A model generated the notes under the pieces. The model searched no databases. It had not been told where the DNA came from and saw only the letters and a program-made list of their open reading frames with translations. From positions 94,078 through 158,077 of the forward strand of contig CAWBGT010000016.1 of assembly GCA_963788375.1 (NCBI GenBank): a stretch of 64,000 nt of DNA. Direction: 5' to 3'. Positions 31,078 through 43,190 of the stretch are shown here, in pieces. A program made the position numbers and the translations under genes. The stretch comes from an uncultured Chloroflexia bacterium. Its GTDB lineage: Bacteria > Chloroflexota > Limnocylindria > Limnocylindrales > CSP1-4. The first letter of the stretch is position 1; each line of letters opens with the position of its first letter.

Positions 31078-32162
31078 TCGATCTCCTTCTGCGTCAACGG
31101 GATCGCGAGCCGCACGACCGTACCCGCCTCCGGCCGCGATCTGACTTCGAATTGTGCACCGACAAGCTCGGCTCGCTCACGCATGAACTGCAGTCCGAAG
31201 TTGCGACGCCCACGGGCCGCCACGGCTCCGGTGTCGAAGCCGCGACCATCGTCACGGACCTCCAGGACCCATTGTCCATCTTCCAGCGTCGTTGTGACCA
31301 CCACCTTCGTGGCACCGGCGTGCTTGCGGACGTTCTGGAGCGCCTCCTGGACCACGCGCAGCACGACCGTCTGGGCGGCGCTGGTGAGATCGTTGCCGGG
31401 GGCGCCGTTCTCGGCGCTGATGCTCAGCCCGGAGATGGCTGCCTGGGTTGCGATCGTGTCGGCAATGGCGCCGTCAAGGCCCAGCTCGTCCAGCACCGGC
31501 GGGCGGAGCTGGGTGAGGAAGCTGCGGACGTCGCCCAGCTCCCGCCGCAGCAGATCCCGGAGGAACCGCAGCTCCGTGCGGGCCATCGGCGGGTCCGAGT
31601 CGAAGACGCGGTCGATGAACTCCACCTGGAAGATGGCGTTGGAGAGGGCCTGGGCCGGCCCGTCGTGGACCTCCTGGGCGAGGCGGGCGCGCTCCGCCTC
31701 CTGTGCCTCCACGATCCGCATCTTGAGCTCGGTGGGCATGGTGGGCAGTGACGGCTCCGTCACCAGGCTTGCATCGCCGCGCTCCAGGAACAGCCACGTG
31801 CTCTCAAGGTTGCGGATGGCCAGCTCGAGGCGGGACAGCTCCGCCTCTCGGCGACCCAGGTCGCCACGCGACTGGTCCACCTCACCCCGGAGCGTGCGGA
31901 GATAGCCGTCGGCAGCGCCGGCCTCGGCAGCGGTGGCAGCGATCCCATCGCCCCCGACCTCATCCCCGGCGGCCGCCTCGCGATCCAGCGAGCCAAGGTC
32001 GTCGCTGAGCCCCTGCCAGCGGGCCAGCTCCTCCAGGTAGGCGCCTCGATACCGGTCCCGTACGGCGCGCAGCGTGTTCGCGGCATAGGCGAGCGCCTCC
32101 GCCGCTTCGGTGTGCAGCTCGTCGAACCGGGCGCGTGCCGTTTCGCTCCGGGAAGCATCCAT
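31074..32162 (-). CDS. Cytoplasmic DegS-like sensor histidine kinase (HisKA_3), copy 2
   Basis: H-box 'LAQEVHDGPAQALSNAIFQ', HATPase_c, no TM. Start chosen at MDASRSE. The ORF extends further upstream in GC-rich sequence. Confidence 0.75.
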   Translation of the reverse strand: MDASRSETARARFDELHTEAAEALAYAANTLRAVRDRYRGAYLEELARWQGLSDDLGSLDREAAAGDEVGGDGIAATAAEAGAADGYLRTLRGEVDQSRGDLGRREAELSRLELAIRNLESTWLFLERGDASLVTEPSLPTMPTELKMRIVEAQEAERARLAQEVHDGPAQALSNAIFQVEFIDRVFDSDPPMARTELRFLRDLLRRELGDVRSFLTQLRPPVLDELGLDGAIADTIATQAAISGLSISAENGAPGNDLTSAAQTVVLRVVQEALQNVRKHAGATKVVVTTTLEDGQWVLEVRDDGRGFDTGAVAARGRRNFGLQFMRERAELVGAQFEVRSRPEAGTVVRLAIPLTQKEIE

Positions 32163-32188
32163 CGCCCGGAGTGTAGCCGTGACGGGCG

Positions 32189-33860
32189 CTATGGCGAGGC
32201 GGGTTCGGCGCAGTCGATCCGGAACACCCGAACGCCCTCCACCGACAGGGCATCGACAGGGTCGCCCGGGACCGGCAGCTGCACCTCCCGGAAGCAGGCT
32301 GCCGCCGGATCGGGCGACGAGTCGAGGATGGCGGGCCAGTCCCCGTGATCCGTGCCCGTCATCACCAGCCACCGGGCACGGAATCGGGCGTCCCGGGCCA
32401 GGTCGAGGACGTCGGCAGGGCCCTCGTCGGGCAGGGCGAGGGCTGGAATCCGGACGGCCTCAGCGAGCCAGATCGGCTGATCGGCGATGACGGGCCCGGC
32501 CTGCAGGAGGGGCGACCCGAGCTCCGCCATCTGGCGAGCAAGCACCGCAAAGGTGCGGGCTTCGTCACGCGACCTGATGGCGGACGGTGGCAGCAGCGCG
32601 ATCGAGAGCATGGCAGAGCTGAGGATGGCGAAGAGCGCTCCCAGCCAGGTGACCGGGCGCGTCCAGCCCATGCGTGCTGCGAGCCACGCAAGCGCGGCCT
32701 CGAGAACCCCCACGGCAGAGACGATGAGGAGCACGTGCACCGGGGCCGCCGCATGGAGGAAGGTGCCCCAGGTCGTTGATACGGGGAAGACCAGGCCCGC
32801 GATCAGGAAGATCAGAACGGTGAGGAGCAGCACCGGCCGCAGCGCCCGGTCCCTGCCCTGCCACGGCAGCGCCAGCAGCCCGATCACCGAGATCGGGAAT
32901 CCGAGCAGGACGAGCACGTCGATCGTGTTGTGCACGATGCCCTCAACGCGCATCCCGGCGAGATTTCCGGGGCCGATCGCGAGGTAGCGCTCCAGGGTCG
33001 GCGGGTCGTTCCAGGCGAAGATGTCGAACCCGGTCAGGGAGAGGGCATTCAATGCCGCCTGGCCGGGCAGCGGTGAGCCGAAGACGACCCAGTCGCGGTA
33101 TGCCCATGGGGCGAACACCAGCAGGCTGACACCCGCGACCACGCCAATCAGCCGGAGCCGGACGCTCCATCGCTGCTCGTGGATGCGCAGGACCAGCCAG
33201 ACCCAGAGCAGGGCCAGCCACACGGCCTCGTTGCGCGTCAGGGCCGCCGCCCCCAGGAGGCCACCGATCGCGAGCAGGCGCGGATCGGTGAGGCGCGCCC
33301 CACGGGGGTCGCGCAGGGCTCGGGCCATGAGCAGGCACGCGCCCAGCGACGAGCACGCCGAACAACGTGGTTGAGTCGGGCTGCACGGAGTGGAGGATCA
33401 AAGGGAGGTACACGGCCGCGGTCAGGCCCGCGCCGATGGCCAGCGTCCGGGCTCGACCGGGGGACAGCCCCCGCTCGGCCGCGAGGTCGGCGGCGAGGCG
33501 CCAGGCGAGGACCGCCAGCAGGGCGCCAAGCACGACCGACACGACCTGGGCAGCGCGGAGGGCGGTCTCAAGCGACACGTCGCTCGCGGCGCCCATGGCC
33601 AGCAGCGGGACCGCAAACAGCAGGCTGGGCAACGGCAGCCAGAGCTCGAAGGCCGCACGAGGCAGATCCAGCGGCGGTGTCGCGTAGCTCCAGATCACGT
33701 CAGTGACCAGCCCGCGGCCCTCGGCGACGTTCCGGGCCACGCCGATGTAGTACGCGGCATCCTGGGCCGGGAACGAGATGGCCGCGGCAGCGACGGCCCT
33801 GACCACGACGGCGACGACGAAGATCGCCAGCGCCGTGAGCCAGGCCTCGCGGCGGCTCAT
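32189..33860 (-). CDS. GT-C fold membrane glycosyltransferase (PMT/ArnT-like), split by an apparent 1-nt frameshift near 33330-33420
   Basis: The N-terminal part (frame of 33968 ORF) and the C-terminal part (frame of 33328 ORF) each match consecutive regions of the same family as its intact neighbours. The N-frame degenerates into Arg-rich nonsense after about 33340. Start at 33860 has an ATGA overlap with the upstream gene. Confidence 0.6.
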
Positions 33861-35497
33861 GAGCGTGCTCCCGGCCGGGCTGCGCCGGCGCATCGGGCGT
33901 CGGTGTCGCCGAGGCAGACCGGGTACACGGCCACGTCCGCGCGCTCGAGAAGGGGCGGCCCGACCCACGCCGGGCGCTCGCCCTGCACGAGGATCTGCGT
34001 GCTGGCCGGCACGTCATCCTTGAGATCGAGGACGAGCCAGCGCACGTCGTAGGCCCGCGCGACGTGCTCCACGGTCTCCAGGGGATCATTGACCAGCACC
34101 ACGCCCGGGCGGCCCGTCCAGTAGCGATAGCCGGACGCGTCCGTGGACATCAGCCGGTCGTCCATCGGAACCCCTGCCGCGGTCAGCGCGGCGGCGACGG
34201 CCTGCATCCGCTCCCGTTTCGCCTCCCAACCACTCCGAACGCCCACGACGCCCGCCACCGAGCAGACGATGCCGAAGACAACGGCGCCGCCGACGACCAG
34301 CCGCGCCGCCCTCGCGACGTCCATCCGGGGACGCCACGTTGCGACCCTGTTGACGATGGCGACCAGCCCCACCAGCGCCAGCACGTACGCATGCGGGAGG
34401 AGTCCAACCGCGGAGTGGATGAACATGCCGCCGGGCACATGGATCGCGAACAGCACGCTGCTCGCCGCGACGAACAGGAAGGCGTAGGCGAACGCGGGCC
34501 CGAAGACCTCGTCGTGTCGCCGTTGCCAGGCACCCACCAGCAGTGGCGGCACCAGGAGGATCGCGCAGGCGAGCACGGAGAAGAGCAACAGCGCGGTCAG
34601 GAACCCTTCCAGGCGCGTCAGCAGGAGGGGACCGATGCCCATCCCCAGGAGGTGGTCCAGCGTCGCGGGCGTGGTGATGCTGTTCCACTCACCGAAGTCC
34701 CGGATGAACATGACCTTGCCCGTGGACGAGGATGGCGAGATCGCTCCGAACACCGCCAGCTGGCGTGCGAGCCACGGCCCCATGACCGCCGCGAACAGGG
34801 CCAGCGAGCCAAAGGCGGCCTTGAGGGGGATGCGCGCGGGACGAGCCGCGCTGCCCCCCGATGGCCAGCGGCTTCGCAATCGATCCCACAGGAACACGGC
34901 CGCGAGCATGGCCACCAGGATCGCCCCGTCCGAGCGCGACAGGGTCGCAAGCCCCGCCAGCAGGCCCGCGACCGCGAACGACCAGGCGCTGCCGCGCAGC
35001 CCCCGGCTTGCGAGGAAGAGCGAGCCCGCGGTGACCATCTCGAACAGCGCGAAGTTGTCAGGCTGGGCCATGAACACAAGGGTCAGGAGCGGGAAGGCCG
35101 CGAGCAACCCGGCACCCACGGCGACGTATCCCGGGGCACGGGCATCCCGTGCGATTGCCCAGGCAAGGGGTGCCGCCAGCGATCCGATCAGCAGGAAGGG
35201 CAGTAGCGACGCCAGCATCGTCGGGCCCAGCAGCCAGATGAACGGGACCTGGACGATTGAGGCCAGCGGCATCCAGTGGGCGTTCGAGGGGACTGGCAGC
35301 ACCGGGCTGGCGGGGATTGCGCCACCGACCTCGGGGAAGATCCAGACGAAGTCCACGTTGAAGCCATGCCCCGCCGCCACCTGCCGGGCGACGTCCACGT
35401 AGTAGGACGAGTCCGGGTAGGCGGGGTCCGGGAACGCGACCGCCGCCGCCACCCTCGCCAGCAAGGCGATCAGGAACAACGTGACGGGAATGCGCAC
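33857..35497 (-). CDS. GT-C fold membrane glycosyltransferase (PMT/ArnT, GT39/83-like)
   Basis: 546 aa with 11-13 TM helices. The N-terminal 'DPAYPDSSYYVDVARQVAAGHGF' loop is typical of the family. Paralogue of 15469..17265. Confidence 0.7.
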   Translation of the reverse strand: MRIPVTLFLIALLARVAAAVAFPDPAYPDSSYYVDVARQVAAGHGFNVDFVWIFPEVGGAIPASPVLPVPSNAHWMPLASIVQVPFIWLLGPTMLASLLPFLLIGSLAAPLAWAIARDARAPGYVAVGAGLLAAFPLLTLVFMAQPDNFALFEMVTAGSLFLASRGLRGSAWSFAVAGLLAGLATLSRSDGAILVAMLAAVFLWDRLRSRWPSGGSAARPARIPLKAAFGSLALFAAVMGPWLARQLAVFGAISPSSSTGKVMFIRDFGEWNSITTPATLDHLLGMGIGPLLLTRLEGFLTALLLFSVLACAILLVPPLLVGAWQRRHDEVFGPAFAYAFLFVAASSVLFAIHVPGGMFIHSAVGLLPHAYVLALVGLVAIVNRVATWRPRMDVARAARLVVGGAVVFGIVCSVAGVVGVRSGWEAKRERMQAVAAALTAAGVPMDDRLMSTDASGYRYWTGRPGVVLVNDPLETVEHVARAYDVRWLVLDLKDDVPASTQILVQGERPAWVGPPLLERADVAVYPVCLGDTDARCAGAARPGARS

Positions 35498-35554
35498 AGC
35501 CGGTGCAGCCTAGCACCGGGTCGCGGGTCCTCCGAGGGGTACGAAGGGGCTAGA

Positions 35555-37838
35555 GTGGCGCGCGTGATCGACGCTGCGACCGGCCGGGATGATGGCAGGG
35601 CGGCGCCCATCGGGGGCGCACGGCTTGCCCTGTGGGCAATCGTGGCCATGGTCGGGATCGACCTCATCTTCTTCACCGGAACGTCGAACTTCCTGCCGTC
35701 GGCGCAGGCTCGAAATCCTCAACCAGCTGCTGCTGCTCGCGTCGGCGATCGCGTTTGGTGTCGCCGCATGGCGAGGAGCGGTCGACTCGCGGTCGCCCCT
35801 GATCCTGCCCGGGCTCGCGTGGCTCCTGGCAACCGCTGCCGCCACCGCATTCAGCCAGCGTCCCGCGACGAGCGTCGAGGCGCTGGCGTGGGTCCTGCTC
35901 GCCGCCCCCGCCTACCTGGCCGTGCGCTCGGTGCTGTGGTCGGACTGGCTGGGCCCCCGCGTGGACCGGCTGCTGGTTGGCGCGACCCTGTTGCTCGTCG
36001 TGGCGTACCTGCTCCAGGCGCTGCTGCAATGGGTCAGCTGGTGGTCGGTGGCCGGCATCTCCGTTCCGCCCATCCGGCCCGGCGACGTTGGCCTGACGAT
36101 CGGGACGGTCAACGCCATCGCCCTCCACCTGGAGCTGCTGGTGCCCGTAGCCGCATGGCTTGCTTGGCGCCGCCTCGCCAGGCCGCGCCTGGCCGGCACC
36201 ATCGCGGGCCTCGGCCTGTTCGCCCTGATGGTCACAGGGTCACGCGGGGCCTGGCTCGGCGCGCTGGCGGCGGTCGGATGCGTGGCCGTGATTGCCTGGG
36301 CCCGCGCGGGTAGGCCGATGCCGTCGACGAGGGGCCGGAACCGCGGACCGGCGGTGGTCCTGGGCCTGGGGGCCGTGGTCGCGCTCGTGGTGCTCGCCCC
36401 GGTCCTGCTGCCGCGGCTGCTGAGCGGTGATGCGGGCCGCTGGGAGCTGTGGTCCGCGGCGTGGGCGATGTTCACGGGACAGCCGCTGACGGGCACTGGG
36501 CCCGGTACGTTCCCGCTCCTGCGCCCGGGCTCCCCGATCACCGAGCCCAACCTGGCAGTTCTCACGACAAGTCACAACAGCGTGCTCCAGGTCCTGGTCG
36601 ATGGCGGGGTGCTCGCGATGGCTGCAGCGGTCTGGATCCTCGTCACCGTGGCGCGCCTGGCCGGGCGAGCAATCCGCACCGGGACGGGGCGGTCGCCTGA
36701 GCTGGCGCTGGTGGTGGTGGGCAGCCTCGTCGCGATGCTGGTCCACTCGGTCGTGGACACGCAGTTCCACGTGCCCGCGGTGGTCCTCCTCGTGTTCCTG
36801 CTCGTCGCACGCATCGATCCGCCGGCGGCGGTCGCACCCGTCCGGCCAGCGGCCTCGCGGATCCTGGCAGGTGCCGTGGTCGTCGCGACCGGTGCGCTGC
36901 TGCTCGTGCCCATCGATGCGGCGATGGTCCGCGCCCAACTCGGCAACGATGCCCTCGATCGCGGTGACGCCCAGGCCGCCCTTGAGGACTTCCGGTGGGC
37001 CGCGGACCTTCACGAGCTGGCTCCATACCGCCTCGGGGAAGGCATCGCGGCGTCCCGGCTCGGGGACGACGCCACCGCGTCGGATGCCTTCACCAGCGCT
37101 CAATCCCTGCATGGCCTCACCTTCATCGGGGCGAACCTTGCGACCGTCGCCGGTGACGCCCAGGTGCCGGGGATCCTGGACCGGATCGAGGCTGCCGGAG
37201 CCTATGACGCGACCGCGGCCGTGAACGCCGCGGTGCTCCGGTTTCCGGACGATCCGGCGAAGGCGACCGCAGACCTGGCGGCCGCGATGACCGGTGCCCC
37301 GACCCTGATCTACTCGGAACGCCCACCTACCCTGTTTGATGCCGACACGTGGCTGCAGGCCCAGCGACAGGCCCTGGACGCGATCGGTGCAACGGATCCG
37401 GTGAGCGCAGCGGCGCTGGCACTCCTGGCGGGCCTGGATGACCAGGCCGCACAATACGGGGCTGCCGTCTCGGATGACGTCCTGACGCGAGCCCTGGACA
37501 TGATCGGGGCCTCGATGGGGCCTGCCCAGCCGGACATCGAGAGCGCAAACGCGCTGCTCCGGGAGGCGCCGGCGTCACCGGTGCTGCTCGGACTTCTGTG
37601 GCAGCTTGGGTTCCAGGCCAGATCGCAGGCCCTGATCGACGATGTCGGCCGGCTCGCTGTGCCGCTGCTCTTCGGGCTTCCTATGCCGCCGCTGGAGCTG
37701 GTCCTGGACGGGCGGTCCGATGCGGACTACTCGCTGCGCATTCCCCGCTATCCCATGGCATCCGACTTCCGCAACGGGCCCAAGCGGCCGTATGCCGCTG
37801 GCATGGTCACCATCGAACCCGTCCACCGCCCGAAGTAG
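35555..37838 (+). CDS. O-antigen ligase/Wzy_C-family membrane protein with a roughly 330 aa C-terminal soluble (TPR-like) domain; apparent frameshift near 35706
   Basis: Wzy_C core 'TGSRGAWLG…TTSHNSVLQVLVDGGVLAM'. Before about 35706 the coding signal (hydrophobic helix 'ALWAIVAMVGIDLIFFTGTSNFLPSA', high GC3) lies in a different frame from the one that carries it afterwards. Confidence 0.6.
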
Positions 37839-39076
37839 CGCCGGGTGGTCAGGCGCGGACGGCTGCCTTCAGCCCATCGATGACGCGGTCCACCTGCACG
37901 TCCGTCATGTCCGGCCAGATGGGCAGGCTGATCTCGCCGGCGTAGGCCGTTTCGGCGCCCGGGAACTGGCCCGGGCGGTATCCCAGGTTGCGATACAGCG
38001 GGTGCAGGTGCAGCGGAATGAAGTGGACGCTCGTGGCGATGCCGCGCGGTGGACAGGTCCGCGATCACGCGGGCACGCCGGGAGGCCATCGCCCTCAATG
38101 ACTCGGGGAGGATGGCCACCCCAGGGAGCTGCGCGTCGGCCACCTCGCGGCGGCGCGCTTCCGGCCCGAGCTGCAGCATGAACAGGTGCCAGGCGTGGCC
38201 AGGATCCTCCACGCCCACCGGCAGCCGGACCAGGCCCTCGCGCTCCGCGTCGGCCAGGCCACCGAGGTAGCGCCGTGCGATGGAGGCTCGTGCGTCCCGG
38301 AGCCGGGCCGCCCGCCCCAGCTGGACCAGGCCGATGGCTGCCGCCAGATCCGTGAGGTTGTCCTTGAAGCCCGCGGCCTCGATCTCGTAGTACCAGGAGC
38401 CACCCGAGGAGTAGCGCTTCCAGCCGTCACGGCCGATGCCGTGAAGCCGCATGGAGCGGGCACGCTCGGCGAGTGCCGCATCCGCCGTGACCAGCATCCC
38501 GCCTTCACCGGTGGTGATCGTCTTGGTGGCATAGAAGCTGTACGCCCCCGCTTTCCCGACGGTGCCGGCGAAGCGACCACCGCAGGTGGCGATGGGCGAG
38601 GGAAAGGCGTGCGCGGCGTCCTCGATGACCGGCAGGTCGCCCGCCACCGCCATCAGGTCTGCCATCAGGGCCGGCAGCCCGGCGATGTGGACGACCTCGA
38701 TGGCCGCGGTCCGCGGCGTGATCGCGGCCCTCACGGCCGCCGGATCCACGTTGGCCGTCAGTGGGTCGACGTCCACCAGAACCGGTCGTGCCCGCACGTA
38801 GATGGCCACCTCTCCCGAGGCGGCGAAGGTGTACGTGGGAACGATCACCTCGTCCCCGTCGGTGACGCCGGTTCCCTCCAGCGCCAGGTGCAGCGCCGCC
38901 GTCGCGCTGTTGACCGCGACGGCATGCGGCGCTCCCGTGGCCGCAGCCACGGCAGACTCGAATGCCGCAGCCCGGGCACCCGTCGTCAGCCACCCGGTGT
39001 CCAGCACCTCGAGCATGGCGTCGCGCTCGGCCGCCCCGATCGACGGCCGATGGAACGGGATGCGCTCGTCGCTCAT
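37748..39076 (-). CDS. DegT/DnrJ/EryC1/StrS-family sugar aminotransferase (PglE/ArnB-like)
   Basis: 'MSDERIPFHRPSIGAAERDAMLEVLDTGWLTTG…' with the PLP lysine region 'SFYATKTITTGEGG'. ATG at 39076. Confidence 0.8.
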   Translation of the reverse strand: MSDERIPFHRPSIGAAERDAMLEVLDTGWLTTGARAAAFESAVAAATGAPHAVAVNSATAALHLALEGTGVTDGDEVIVPTYTFAASGEVAIYVRARPVLVDVDPLTANVDPAAVRAAITPRTAAIEVVHIAGLPALMADLMAVAGDLPVIEDAAHAFPSPIATCGGRFAGTVGKAGAYSFYATKTITTGEGGMLVTADAALAERARSMRLHGIGRDGWKRYSSGGSWYYEIEAAGFKDNLTDLAAAIGLVQLGRAARLRDARASIARRYLGGLADAEREGLVRLPVGVEDPGHAWHLFMLQLGPEARRREVADAQLPGVAILPESLRAMASRRARVIADLSTARHRHERPLHSAAPAPAVSQPGIPPGPVPGRRNGLRRRDQPAHLAGHDGRAGGPRHRWAEGSRPRLTTRRYFGRWTGSMVTMPAAYGRLGPLRKSDAMG

Positions 39077-39122
39077 GCCGGACCTGCGGCGACCGCGGGC
39101 TGCGGGGCCGCCCGCTCGTCGC

Positions 39123-41078
<1,956 letters not shown>

Positions 41079-41262
41079 GGGTTGAGTCTAGGGGCGGGTG
41101 GTGCGCGGGCGCACCCCGTCGATGGTCCTACAAACCGCCGCTGCGACCATCGTCGTGAACGTCGCATTCCTGCCGATGTGGCCCACATTCACAGCGTTCG
41201 GGAACGCATGCGGTCCCCAGGCCAGTACCCTTCGCAACTAATGGAGGCCCGAGCCCCTGGGT

Positions 41263-42507
41263 TCAGGGCTTGTTGGCGACAACGAGGCAGATGGGCGGGA
41301 GGCGATGCCAGAGAACCTGACGCACCGCGAGGATCTGCCCAAGCTCCCGGATTGCCTCGCCGTCGAAGTAGTCGATCGTGCGGTGATCCCAGCCAATTCG
41401 TCGCGCCCTGCGTAGGGTCTCGGCCAACAGGCCGCCGCGACCGTTCTCGATCACCACTAGGGTGCCCCCCGGTGTGAGGACATCACGGACTGCGCGCAGG
41501 TAGGCTCCGCGATCCGGCACGACGACGAGCACGCTCTTGGAGAACACGACGTCGAACCGATCGCCCGCCACGGACGCAAGGCGGCCGTCGTCGAGTCTGA
41601 ACTCAACACGATCGGCAACGCCGTGCGACCAGGCCTCCGCTGTTGCGCCTGCCTCGAACCCGCCCTCGATGTCGATGCCGACGACTGAGGCCCCTCGCAT
41701 CGCGAATAGACTAGCCATCCGACCACTCCGCGAGCCGATCTCCAGCACGCGCTTTCCGTCGAGGTCACCGATCGAAACCAGAGCTTGGCCGACGAGACGC
41801 TCCCACGGCCCACCGCCCCACTCCACGAAGTAGGCGAGGGACTCCGGACTGGCGGGTGGAGCGGCCTCGTTTGCTTGGCCGGGATGGCTGGTGATCACGG
41901 TCTCCCTCAGCAAGGCAAGGTCGCCCCGCGTCGACCTGTGCGTCAGGTACTTCGCCTCGATCTCCAACTTCTGGGGCAGGACTGTCGCGCGGTAGGCGCG
42001 GTCCAGGTCGGCCGCCGTTGTGGCACGACGGCCGTCCGCACGGGCGACCTCGAGTGCCGCATCCGCCAGGATCGACTCCTCGTTCCGGAAGGCAACAGAC
42101 GCCGCGCCCGTGATACCGGGTTTCGCCCCGAAGACCAGGGCGTGGAGCGGATCCGCCGGGTCCACGTACCGCGGATCCTCCGGGCGCGGACCGACGAGGA
42201 GCATGTCGCCACGCACGACGTTCCAGAGTTGGGGCAGCTCGTCCATCTTCGTCCGGCGCAGCAGGCGGCCCAGCGGCGTCACCCGCGGATCCCCGCCGGC
42301 CGTGATCCCGGGTCCTGCCGTAGCGGCACCGGCACGCATCGTTCTCAGCTTGTAGAGCGTGAAGGTCCCGCCCGGCCGCACCCGCACCGCCCGATGGAGC
42401 GCGGGCCCGGGCGACGTCAGCCGGACGGCCAGCCCCAGCGCGAGGATCAGGGGCCCCAGCACCAGGAGCGCCGCGGCAGCTAGGAGCCGCTGGATCACGC
42501 CGGGCAT
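41263..42507 (-). CDS. Fusion protein: PglC-like small phosphoglycosyl transferase (Bac_transf) plus class I SAM-dependent methyltransferase domain
   Basis: N-terminus 'LVLGPLILALGLAVRLTSPGP…KLRTMR…MDELPQLWNVVRGDMLLVGPRPE' is the monotopic PGT core. The C-terminus has the SAM motif 'VLEIGSRSGRMASLFAMRGASVVGIDIE'. ATG at 42507. Confidence 0.7.
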   Translation of the reverse strand: MPGVIQRLLAAAALLVLGPLILALGLAVRLTSPGPALHRAVRVRPGGTFTLYKLRTMRAGAATAGPGITAGGDPRVTPLGRLLRRTKMDELPQLWNVVRGDMLLVGPRPEDPRYVDPADPLHALVFGAKPGITGAASVAFRNEESILADAALEVARADGRRATTAADLDRAYRATVLPQKLEIEAKYLTHRSTRGDLALLRETVITSHPGQANEAAPPASPESLAYFVEWGGGPWERLVGQALVSIGDLDGKRVLEIGSRSGRMASLFAMRGASVVGIDIEGGFEAGATAEAWSHGVADRVEFRLDDGRLASVAGDRFDVVFSKSVLVVVPDRGAYLRAVRDVLTPGGTLVVIENGRGGLLAETLRRARRIGWDHRTIDYFDGEAIRELGQILAVRQVLWHRLPPICLVVANKP

Positions 42508-43190
42508 TGCAGGCGTCCGACGAGGTGGGAGCGAACGGGCGGAATCGCATGCAGGAGGGGGTAGGCCAGGGGCGTCAGCGGCCCCAGGCGGCGCGCCAGC
42601 GGCGGCGCTACGGTCAGTGAACGCACCTCCCGCGACCAACCCGGGAACAGCCGGCTCAGCCGCCGGCCAGGGAGACCGTGCACCGCCTTGTTGCCCGGAT
42701 TGCCATACCGCAGGTCGTACCAGATGAGCCACCCCCCTGGCCGGAGAACCCGGGCGATCTCGCGAGCCACCGCCTCCTCCATCGCCGCCGAGGGGATGGA
42801 GGACAAGAGCGTGACGGCAGAGACCACATCGAACTGCGCGTCGTCGAAGGGTAGGTCGTCCGCGGAGGCCACCAGGAACTCCGCCAGCGGGACTGCCTCC
42901 TGGGCATGCTCGACGCGATCCGGCAGCAGGTCCACGCCGGTCGCGACCACGTCGGGCCAGCGGGAGAGCGTCCACCCAAGGAGGCTCCCGTCGCCGCAGC
43001 CCACGTCCAGCATGGCCGGCACCCGATCCGCCGGGAGTGACCTCGCGAGCAGCTCCAGCAATCGCCGGTCCCGGTCGTCGCTGAGACGTGCGTAGCCGCG
43101 GTTGGAGCGGTCCCAGAGTTGGGCACGCCCGGACGCGTCGTACCCGTGGTAGGCATCACGGATGCGCTGCTCGTCCGTCATCGCCGCCAT
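42495..43190 (-). CDS. Class I SAM-dependent methyltransferase
   Basis: 'LDVGCGDGSLLGWTL' motif I and 'VLRPGGWLI' motif. Overlaps its neighbours by a few codons. Confidence 0.65.
   Translation of the reverse strand: MAAMTDEQRIRDAYHGYDASGRAQLWDRSNRGYARLSDDRDRRLLELLARSLPADRVPAMLDVGCGDGSLLGWTLSRWPDVVATGVDLLPDRVEHAQEAVPLAEFLVASADDLPFDDAQFDVVSAVTLLSSIPSAAMEEAVAREIARVLRPGGWLIWYDLRYGNPGNKAVHGLPGRRLSRLFPGWSREVRSLTVAPPLARRLGPLTPLAYPLLHAIPPVRSHLVGRLQCPA

Noticed and set aside
35589-35700. ATG at 35589 (MMAGRRPSGAHGLP…) as the Wzy_C start without a frameshift
   Set aside because: That frame uses rare low-GC3 codons and gives an implausible S/R-rich peptide there, whereas the alternative frame over the same bases encodes a TM helix with typical codon usage. 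A frameshift model fits better, although I cannot exclude this start.
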